A stretch of DNA of 13,975 nt from Myxococcota bacterium. GTDB taxonomy: Bacteria > Myxococcota_A > UBA796 > GCA-2862545. The translations under genes were made by a program, and so were the position numbers. Below the pieces are notes generated by a model, which saw only the letters and a program-made list of their open reading frames with translations, ran no database searches and was not told the DNA's origin. Below are positions 7,334 to 13,975 of the stretch, piece by piece. Position 1 is the first letter of the stretch. Each line of letters begins with the position of its first letter. The stretch is taken from the NCBI GenBank assembly GCA_039208735.1, contig JBCCQY010000200.1, forward strand, positions 1-13,975, in the 5' to 3' direction.

Positions 7334-8401
7334 ATGCTCTCGTTGCTGGCCGGCTGGCTCGCAGTCACGACGGCCTACGCCGGCAAGGTGTCCTACGCCG
7401 CCGATGGCCACGCTTACAACCCGGTGTTCTCGCCCGACGGTCGGACCATCGCCTTCGAGGTGAATCCCTACCAAGGCAACGTCGATCTCTACCTCGCGGG
7501 GCTCGCCGGAACCGAACCCAAGGGTCAAGCCGTCAAAGTGTCGTTGCCTGGCACCTCTTCGAAGTTTGGGGGACGGGGCCATGTGGCCGCGAGTCCGGTT
7601 TGGCACCCCGACGGCCTCGTCATCTTCGAGGCGAGCAACCCGGGAGGGAAGTACCGGCTCTACTACCGCCAGGGCTTACGGGGCTCCGCGGCTGAACTCA
7701 TCTCGAGCAAGTCCATTTCGGGCAACCTGACGTCAGCCACGTTGTCGCCCGACGGGCACCGGCTTGCCTTCGTGACCGATGCATCTGGCCAGGCGGAAAT
7801 CCAAATCCGCGACACCCAAACGAACAAGACCACGCCGCTGACGCGTTCGCCAGAGGCCGAGTCCTATCCGATGTTCTCGACCGACGGAAAGCGCCTCGTG
7901 TTCCAGCGCAAGCGGAACAGCAGCGAGGACGTCTTTGAGATCGAGGTCACCTCAGGTGTGGAACGCCAGGTCGCCGGGGGCGGAGGCGATCAGACCCGAC
8001 CGATCTACGGAGCAGATGGGGCCGTGTTGTTCTTCGACGGCTCACGCGGCGAGGAACACTGGGACCTTGTCAGCATCGTCAACGGCAAGACGCGGGTTCT
8101 GGCGAAGGATGTACGTCTTCCGCTCCGTGCCCGGCCCGCCCTATCCGCCGATGGCCGCTACGTAGCCTTCGCTTATGCGGATCCCACCAAATCGAAGAAG
8201 GTGATGATCGCGCGGGTGGACGGCAGTCGTACGGTCGCGCTCGAGACGCCCTTCACCGCCGTTGGCGAACCCGCGTTTGGCCAACAAGGCCCCCGCACGT
8301 TGCTCGCCTACACGGCGCTGCCCGGAGAAGGCAGCGACTGGCGGTTTCTCTATGTGGTCGACGTGTCCGACAAGGTGGATTCGAACGCCAAAACGCCGTA
8401 G
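7334..8401 (+). CDS. Secreted PD40/TolB-like beta-propeller protein (7 repeats, no TolB N-domain)
   Basis: Signal peptide MLSLLAGWLAVTTAYA. Repeats: NPVFSPDGRTIAF, SPVWHPDGLVIF, SATLSPDGHRLAF, YPMFSTDGKRLVF, RPIYGADGAVLF, RPALSADGRYVAF, EPAFGQQGPRTLLAY. Confidence 0.88.
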   Translation: MLSLLAGWLAVTTAYAGKVSYAADGHAYNPVFSPDGRTIAFEVNPYQGNVDLYLAGLAGTEPKGQAVKVSLPGTSSKFGGRGHVAASPVWHPDGLVIFEASNPGGKYRLYYRQGLRGSAAELISSKSISGNLTSATLSPDGHRLAFVTDASGQAEIQIRDTQTNKTTPLTRSPEAESYPMFSTDGKRLVFQRKRNSSEDVFEIEVTSGVERQVAGGGGDQTRPIYGADGAVLFFDGSRGEEHWDLVSIVNGKTRVLAKDVRLPLRARPALSADGRYVAFAYADPTKSKKVMIARVDGSRTVALETPFTAVGEPAFGQQGPRTLLAYTALPGEGSDWRFLYVVDVSDKVDSNAKTP

Positions 8402-9384
8402 CGCACCATCATCGATCGCGCCTCCCCCACCGCATCGGCTTGGGCGAGGGCATCGATCACCCATTCGGGCCCGTAATCCCCATCGTCAGCGACCTTAGCC
8501 GCCTCGGCGTAGCGCTGGTGAGTGGTGGTGATCTCCGCCGGGCGTGCCGCTTCGGCGAGCGCCACCCGTTGATGGTAGTCCCGCCGCGGATAGTCAATTC
8601 GCCCCGCCAGATCGAACCACATCGCGGCGTAGCCATCGGGGTCGGGGCGTTGCCATCGCCGACGGACCAGCGCGATGGGCTCAAGAAACCAAATCTCGTT
8701 GTCCCGGTCGAGATCCGCGTCCGTCGCCGCGTCCTCGAAGAGGTCCTCGGCCAAGTCCGCGAGCGCGGCATCGCCACTCCACGTCGCGGCGCGTAAGGCG
8801 GTTCGGGCGGCGTCCAGCTGCAGCCAGGGCACAGACCCCACAGCATCGGGAGCCCGGGGATGACGAGAAGGCCCCTCCGCAAACGCGCGGGGGTCGAGCA
8901 TGGAAAAGTCTTCGAGTTCGGTACTGAGCCGGTCGCGTTCTCCGCGACACGACGTCGACCAGAGGCGTTGCAGCCGGGCTTGCGTCGCGCGCACACGGTC
9001 TGCGGTTGCCTCGTGGGCGCGTTCCACCGCGCGCCAAAGCACGTCGACGCGTGATTCGCGGTAGCCCAAGCGATGCCAGACCTGCTCCGCAATGGCCCCA
9101 ACCGCATCAAGGCCTTGCGGATAGCCCACAAAGGGGTCCCCTTCGTCCGAGAGCAACGGGGTGAGTGCATCGAGCGCCTGGGTGGGCCGGGCCTCGTCGT
9201 GGTGCACCTTGGCAAGGCGCCATCGGGTCTTGGCGCGAAGCGGATGGTCCGTCGCAAGCGCATCCGAGTGGGCTGCGGCGTCGGTGAGCGCGGTGGTCGC
9301 ACGATCGAGATCGGCGGCGGCACGAGCCGCACGCGCGTCGGTCAGGAGGGTCTCAATGAGGGCTTCGGGGTCCACCCACGGCAC
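8350..9384 (-). CDS. Hypothetical alpha-helical (TPR-like) cytoplasmic protein, 344 aa
   Basis: GTG start 8 nt after the upstream TAA, preceded by GAGGT. Ala/Leu/Asp/Arg-rich helical pairs (RAKTRWRLAKVHHDEARPTQALDALTPLL). No signal peptide. Confidence 0.72.
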   Translation of the reverse strand: MPWVDPEALIETLLTDARAARAAADLDRATTALTDAAAHSDALATDHPLRAKTRWRLAKVHHDEARPTQALDALTPLLSDEGDPFVGYPQGLDAVGAIAEQVWHRLGYRESRVDVLWRAVERAHEATADRVRATQARLQRLWSTSCRGERDRLSTELEDFSMLDPRAFAEGPSRHPRAPDAVGSVPWLQLDAARTALRAATWSGDAALADLAEDLFEDAATDADLDRDNEIWFLEPIALVRRRWQRPDPDGYAAMWFDLAGRIDYPRRDYHQRVALAEAARPAEITTTHQRYAEAAKVADDGDYGPEWVIDALAQADAVGEARSMMVRYGVLAFESTLSDTSTT

Positions 9385-9392
9385 TTACCTCG

Positions 9393-10205
9393 TTAGCGAC
9401 GTGCAAGTCCGCAGGCGTACGCCACCTCGTCCCGGTAGGCGAGCCATGCCGCAAGCACCTGTTGCATCGAAGCAATCACGGCCAGACGGTCTTCTTCCGG
9501 CGTGTAGTCGAGCACCATTCGCCAGGCGGCTACCCGATGGTCACCTTCGACCGATCGATGGGCTTTCACCAGGGCGAGGCGATCCACGTCGAGACCGTAG
9601 TGGCGAACCAAGGGATGGTCTTCGAGGGCGGGTTCCGGTCGCGATGGCGCCGATGGATCGAACGCATGCCGTTCATAGGCGTGACCTTCGATGAACAGCG
9701 TGGTCACCGCCACGGCCACGGCCCACCCTCGCACCATGGTGCATTCGTCCAACAGATCTCGGTACGCTTGTGCGACCGGCCCTCGGACAACCCGCTCGAA
9801 GCGCGTGAGATCCATGCCCAGGCCCCGAGGGATTTCGAGGAACAACTCGGGATGAGGTCTGCCAGCCGCAAGGCCGCCCGTCTCTTCCTCGTAGAGGTTT
9901 TCTGCAAGATCGCGGCGTACCGCAGGGAACGGGCACTGAATGTAGGCTCGCCCGATCAACATCGGGAAGTCCCGCACGTAGACGTCCCACTCTTGTTCGA
10001 GATGGACGTGAAGCTTCTCTGGAGGCACCTGACCCGACGTGAACCCGGACCACGCCCAGTGCTTCTTGAGTTCCATGATTTGAAGCAGAACCTCGAGGAA
10101 TCGGTCCCGATCCGGAATGGAACGTTGGTGCACGCGACGTGGGGTTCCTCGCCGCGCTTCTGCCATCATCGAAGAAGGTGTCGTTGCCATGCCTCCAAAA
10201 CGCAT
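9393..10205 (-). CDS. Heme-oxygenase-like dimetal oxidase (HDO; PqqC/CADD/TenA-like, iron-containing redox enzyme family)
   Basis: LAENLYEEETG...HPELF, LFIEG and HRSVEGDH (H-x3-E-x2-H, 9537-9560) match the E..H / E / HxxxD(E)xxH ligand layout of HDOs. The start is uncertain (10205, 10190, 10169 or GTG 10133). Confidence 0.85.
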   Translation of the reverse strand: MRFGGMATTPSSMMAEARRGTPRRVHQRSIPDRDRFLEVLLQIMELKKHWAWSGFTSGQVPPEKLHVHLEQEWDVYVRDFPMLIGRAYIQCPFPAVRRDLAENLYEEETGGLAAGRPHPELFLEIPRGLGMDLTRFERVVRGPVAQAYRDLLDECTMVRGWAVAVAVTTLFIEGHAYERHAFDPSAPSRPEPALEDHPLVRHYGLDVDRLALVKAHRSVEGDHRVAAWRMVLDYTPEEDRLAVIASMQQVLAAWLAYRDEVAYACGLARR

Positions 10206-10323
10206 GCAAAACGCTCGAGCTTGAGCAGTTTTCGTTTGACGATGGGCAATGCAGGCTTTTGCAGGATTCGAAGCTCTGCTCGTTTTAGAGCTTTAAACAG
10301 CAACATTTGGCTATACCTCGGCC
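10206..10323. promoter_or_regulatory. AT-enriched divergent promoter region containing inverted repeats
   Basis: The only clearly AT-rich stretch in the window, lying between divergent genes. It contains a perfect AAGCTCT-N9-AGAGCTT (10271-10293), an imperfect AAAACGCTC...GAGCAGTTTT (10208-10232), TTGACG at 10236-10241 and TATACC at 10312-10317. Confidence 0.55.
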
Positions 10324-11958
10324 ATGAGACCTGCGTTGATGTGCCCTCTGATCGCGATCCTGATGATCCTCGTCGGTTGCTCCCGGGGAGGGCGCGTCGA
10401 TCAAACGGACACGGGTTCCGCGCCTGCTTCAGCCGGCATCTGCGACGCGATGGTCCGACGGGTTGAGGGTGATCTCCACCAGATGATCGTTTCCTCTCCC
10501 TGCGGCTCGTTGGAACTGCTCGATGCGGAACTCGAACCTCCCGGCGCGCGACTCGACCTGTTCATCGACATTGATGGGAGTCAGTTCTTCCCGGCGGTGA
10601 CCGCGCCTTCTCCCGCCTCGGTGGAACGGGTGGTCTGGTCGGGCCGCTTCGACCTGGTTGGGAGTGAACCCGTGATCGTGTCCACCTGGCCACGGCAGCT
10701 TGGGCAACGTTCGGTCAGCGGCCCGTTGGGGCCTCGCGTCACCTCCTACGGGGCGGTGCTGGTGGGCAGGGAGGATGGTGCCTGGCTGTTCATCGCTGGG
10801 GTGAGCCAGCAGTTCGATGATCTCGTGTTTGAGCTTTCGCCTCCGGACCGTTTGACCATCGTCTGGGGAGGCACCGGCCCTCGGAACTTGCCCCAAGACG
10901 GACGTGCGTTCTTTGACCCCATCACCGTGGCCTTGGGTCCGAATCCCAGCGACCTCCTCGAACACTGGCGAACCGAGATGACGGCGACCAACGCACCTGA
11001 ACCCTTTGGGGGCCCATTATCGCTGTTTGGACCTGTGAAGACCCCGGACGAACTCGATGCTCTGGTGGCGGCAGATCCCGAGGGACGCGTGCCCATCGTC
11101 CTGACCGATGTGGTGACCGCCACGGTGAGAGCACGGGTCGACGATGCGAACCGGCGGTGGATGGTTCGCATCGATCCTTTTGTGTCCGATGCCGATGGAC
11201 CGGTGTTGCGCCTGGACGGCGTGCCGCTGCGGATGGATGGTCACCCCATCGTCGATCCGACGACCACCCAGGGGTTGGCGATCATCCAAGCCCAAGCCGA
11301 AGCCTTGGTACGGGCCGGGGTCGACGGCGCATGGGTGGTGGGAGCTCCCGCCCTCGCGTGGCCCGCAGACCGTTCCGCACCCACCCAGTCGGGCATCGCG
11401 GCCTATCGCCTTGGCTTGCAGGCCTTCCGCACGGGGTTTGGGAATCGGCCGATTGTCGTCGAAGCCGCGTTACCCCTCGCAAGCCGAGGCCTTGCGGATG
11501 CGGTCGCGTTGCCGATGAGCACCTCGGCCGCGACTCGCGTCGCCACATTGAGTGCCTTTGCGCCCCTCGGTTCAGATGTCCTCCGACTCGGCCCCATGCC
11601 ACTGGCCGCAGAAGCCCCCGCCGCGGTTGGCCTCGACCTTGCCATTGCGGTGGCCAATGGCGGAGATCTCTACCTTGGCGCCTATCCAAACGATCCCGTT
11701 GTTGAGTCTTGGCTTTTCGATGACGCGAACTCTCCGCTGCTGACCGTGATGGGTACGGCAACCGAGGTCCACCCACCGTGGGCCCGCATGGCGGCCAAGT
11801 TTGTCGGGACTGCAGGAATGACCACCTTGCTCAATGCGGCGAGGAGCCCGATCGATCTCGACGGTCCCGGAGGTGAGCGCTGGCCAGACGGGGAAATTGC
11901 CGGACCGGGCTCCCGGACCCTTCCCTCTGGCACCGGAGAGATTTGGCTGCCACGATGA
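10324..11958 (+). CDS. Lipoprotein with a degenerate GH36 (clan GH-D alpha-galactosidase)-like fold, probably non-catalytic
   Basis: Lipobox LVGC follows a hydrophobic stretch, then a beta-rich N-domain. The segments RWMVRIDPFV, IVDPTTTQG...LVRAGVDGAWVVG and AAYRLGLQAFRTGFG...LASRGLADAV resemble, in order, the GH36 barrel motifs GxWxAPF, LDxT/S, GxxYFKxDF and AY/FRxGxxxIRxAxG...GxVDGMRIGPD (recalled from the Thermotoga GalA-type subfamily). Confidence 0.65.
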   Translation: MRPALMCPLIAILMILVGCSRGGRVDQTDTGSAPASAGICDAMVRRVEGDLHQMIVSSPCGSLELLDAELEPPGARLDLFIDIDGSQFFPAVTAPSPASVERVVWSGRFDLVGSEPVIVSTWPRQLGQRSVSGPLGPRVTSYGAVLVGREDGAWLFIAGVSQQFDDLVFELSPPDRLTIVWGGTGPRNLPQDGRAFFDPITVALGPNPSDLLEHWRTEMTATNAPEPFGGPLSLFGPVKTPDELDALVAADPEGRVPIVLTDVVTATVRARVDDANRRWMVRIDPFVSDADGPVLRLDGVPLRMDGHPIVDPTTTQGLAIIQAQAEALVRAGVDGAWVVGAPALAWPADRSAPTQSGIAAYRLGLQAFRTGFGNRPIVVEAALPLASRGLADAVALPMSTSAATRVATLSAFAPLGSDVLRLGPMPLAAEAPAAVGLDLAIAVANGGDLYLGAYPNDPVVESWLFDDANSPLLTVMGTATEVHPPWARMAAKFVGTAGMTTLLNAARSPIDLDGPGGERWPDGEIAGPGSRTLPSGTGEIWLPR

Positions 11959-12057
11959 CACGGTTCCGTAAGCTCGTTAGCTCGCGGCGCTCGTGCTTCG
12001 AATTATCTGGCGCGTGCTGCGTGGTCGTCACGCCAACCCACCAGAGGACTGTAGCCC

Positions 12058-13975
12058 ATGCTTCTTCTGTTCCAGTTCAGCACGGCCGCGCTCGGCCAGG
12101 ACATCCTGGTGCCGCAGAATGGCACCCTTCAGCAGGCCATCGACCTGGCCAACAACGGGGACGTGATCGGCATCACAGACCTCAAATACGGGTCCACCGA
12201 GATCGAGCCCATCACAGTGACCATCAACAACAAAGACCTGACGATTGAATCGGCAGGCGGTTCGTTGGCCAACCACGGCATCAATGTGTTGAACGGTGCC
12301 AACGTGACCCTCCGGAACCTGTTGCTCGAAGGAAATCAGCCCGAGACCGACCCCAGCGAGGTCGAGATCGGCAACTATTGTGCGGGCTCGAATGGCATCG
12401 TGGGTGTACAGGCCCAAAACTCGACGGTCACGATGGACAACGTCGAGGTCACCTGTTTTGCTACGGGACTGGTGGGTACGAATGCCACCCTCAACCTGAC
12501 CGATTCGGAGTTCAACGCGAACTACCCATTGGGTGGCATCATCGCGACGAATGGTTCGCTTGACGTCGACGACACAGAATTCTCGTTCAACTTCGCGTAC
12601 CAGGGTGGGGGCATCTTCTCGGGTGCAACCTCCACCAACATCACGAATTCGACGTTCTACGCGAACTCAGGCGCAGGGTCGGACTCGTCGGGGGCGGGGC
12701 TTTGGGTCGCTTCCGAGACCGCGTACATCTCGTCGAACGAATTCGCGAACAACTTCAATCTCATCTGGTATCTGCAGGGGAATCCCGACCCGAGCAACGC
12801 CGACCTGGCGAACCTCGCTGGCGATAGCGCACTCATCATCGGGTTTGGGGACGGGGCAGGGCTCTACGTCCGAGATCCGTTCAACGGCACCGACGCCGAC
12901 GTGGAAATCCACAACAATCTGTTCTGTGGAAACCTTGGAAATCGAGGCGCAGGACTGTTCATCGACGACGTCCGAAACGTGCTGATTCGCAACAACACGT
13001 TTGCTGACGATTGGTCGATGTCGTTTGGGGGAGGACTCTACATCAAGGCCGACGAAGCGTGGCCAGCCGGTGACGAAGCCAAAGTGCTGAACAACACCTT
13101 CCTCAACAATACGGCAGGCACCCTTCCGCCTCCCTTCATCCCCGTCACCACGGTCATTGGTGGCGGTGGAGCCGCGTTCTTCGATGGTACGGTCGTCGAT
13201 TTCCGAAACAACGTCGTGGCGTACACTCCGTTTGGGGGTGGTCTGGCCGGCATTGACGGTTCTGACTACACGATCGGCGACTTTCTGACTGTTGACTACA
13301 ACATCTTCTACAACAATTGCGACACCCAAAACTGTACGCAGCCTTCAGAGTGGCAGGACTTCACGGGCGACCTGGCGCAGATTGCGCTGCCCGCCACCAA
13401 CCTAGCCCTCGATCCCTTCCCCACCTACTTTGGCGCCGGGGAATTCGTGTGCATTCCCGATGCGTTCTACCCGCAGTGGACGTCCCCCGCGGTGCGCAAC
13501 GGTGACCCCTCGCTGCCCAACATCTACTCGGCCCCTTCGTCTGACATCGGAGCCTACGGCGGGCCAGAGGCCAATGTCCTTGACCGCGACCAGGATGGCA
13601 TTGAAAACATCTACGATTGCAATGATGACCCAGCCACGAACGGAGGAGGCGTCCAACCCGGAGCCACCGAAACGTGTGACGAGGTCGACAACAACTGCGA
13701 CGGCGAAATCGACGAAGGATTCGACACGACCTGGTACATCGATTCGGATGCGGATGGGTTTGGCGACATCAACCAGGTTCAGCCTCTCTTTGCTTGCAAC
13801 CCGCCCGCCAACCACGTCACCAACCGCGACGACTGTGATGACGTCGATCCGAACGTAAATCCAGGGGCGGCCGAGATCTGCAACGGTCTGGACGACAACT
13901 GCAACTTCCTCGCCGATGATGAACTTGGGTTCCTCGCCCTTTATCGCGACGCTGACAACGACTTGTACGGCGCGG
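12058..13975 (+). CDS. Large secreted right-handed parallel beta-helix protein with C-terminal MopE-type putative metal-binding repeats; 3'-truncated
   Basis: Not in the ORF track because it has no stop inside the window. Hand translation from ATG 12058 (GAGGA SD at 12044-12048) is open for 639 codons: MLLLFQFSTAALG signal, TLQQAIDLANNGDVI beta-helix cap, repeated FxxN...GG/AG(I/L) rungs, SPAVRNGDP...SDIGAYGG, then Cys/Asp repeats. Confidence 0.9.
   Translation, partial: MLLLFQFSTAALGQDILVPQNGTLQQAIDLANNGDVIGITDLKYGSTEIEPITVTINNKDLTIESAGGSLANHGINVLNGANVTLRNLLLEGNQPETDPSEVEIGNYCAGSNGIVGVQAQNSTVTMDNVEVTCFATGLVGTNATLNLTDSEFNANYPLGGIIATNGSLDVDDTEFSFNFAYQGGGIFSGATSTNITNSTFYANSGAGSDSSGAGLWVASETAYISSNEFANNFNLIWYLQGNPDPSNADLANLAGDSALIIGFGDGAGLYVRDPFNGTDADVEIHNNLFCGNLGNRGAGLFIDDVRNVLIRNNTFADDWSMSFGGGLYIKADEAWPAGDEAKVLNNTFLNNTAGTLPPPFIPVTTVIGGGGAAFFDGTVVDFRNNVVAYTPFGGGLAGIDGSDYTIGDFLTVDYNIFYNNCDTQNCTQPSEWQDFTGDLAQIALPATNLALDPFPTYFGAGEFVCIPDAFYPQWTSPAVRNGDPSLPNIYSAPSSDIGAYGGPEANVLDRDQDGIENIYDCNDDPATNGGGVQPGATETCDEVDNNCDGEIDEGFDTTWYIDSDADGFGDINQVQPLFACNPPANHVTNRDDCDDVDPNVNPGAAEICNGLDDNCNFLADDELGFLALYRDADNDLYGA
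13582..13971 (+). repeat. Protein-level MopE-type (DCxD...PGAxExCxxxDxNC) repeats alternating with YxDxDxDG(F/Y)G-like motifs
   Basis: DRDQDG (13582); DCNDD...QPGATETCDEVDNNCDGEIDEG (13615-13719); WYIDSDADGFGD (13732-13767); DCDDVDPNVNPGAAEICNGLDDNCNFLADDE (13831-13923); LYRDADNDLYG (13939-13971). The array continues past the window end. Confidence 0.85.

Noticed and set aside
7334..8401. Assigning the symbol tolB
   Set aside because: No TolB N-domain, seven repeats rather than six, and no tol-pal context.
9393..10205. Assigning pqqC or tenA
   Set aside because: No pqq or thiamine-salvage genes nearby, and the dimetal ligand pattern fits a generic HDO better.
9462..10466. 334-aa + strand ORF
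   Set aside because: It is antisense to the motif-supported HDO gene, crosses the promoter region and has no recognisable domain.
12008..12022. Sigma54-like TGGCGCG element
   Set aside because: The -12 GC is not at the required GG-N10-GC spacing (GT is found there).
11943..13858. Several short ORFs on both strands in the track, and an apparent composition shift suggesting horizontal transfer
   Set aside because: All are alternative frames of the single gene starting at 12058. The A/C richness is explained by its Asn/Asp/Thr content, and I saw no mobility signatures.
1..13975. CRISPR arrays, tRNA/rRNA genes, IS elements, intrinsic terminators
   Set aside because: The window is almost fully coding. 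I saw no spaced nucleotide repeats, transposase motifs or convincing hairpin-U tracts at gene ends.

Overview
GC-rich bacterial window (roughly 65% GC by eye). The PEGA-like and MopE-type repeat proteins suggest Myxococcota or a related diderm lineage (inference). It holds three blocks. (1) A + strand operon, 1-8401: a 5'-truncated helical hypothetical protein; a divergent five-gene family-5 (Opp/Dpp/Nik-type) ABC importer (SBP, two permeases, two short ATPases); a secreted helical/PEGA-like/beta-barrel protein translationally coupled to it; and a secreted 7-bladed PD40 propeller. (2) A convergent - strand pair, 8350-10205: a heme-oxygenase-like dimetal oxidase (PqqC/CADD/TenA fold) and a helical-repeat protein. 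(3) A divergent + strand pair, 10324-end: a lipoprotein with an apparent GH36 alpha-galactosidase fold that seems to have lost both catalytic aspartates, and a large secreted beta-helix protein with MopE-type Cys/Asp repeats. This last gene is absent from the ORF track and runs off the window. I saw no RNA genes, CRISPR arrays or mobile elements. All family calls come from motif recognition, not database searches.
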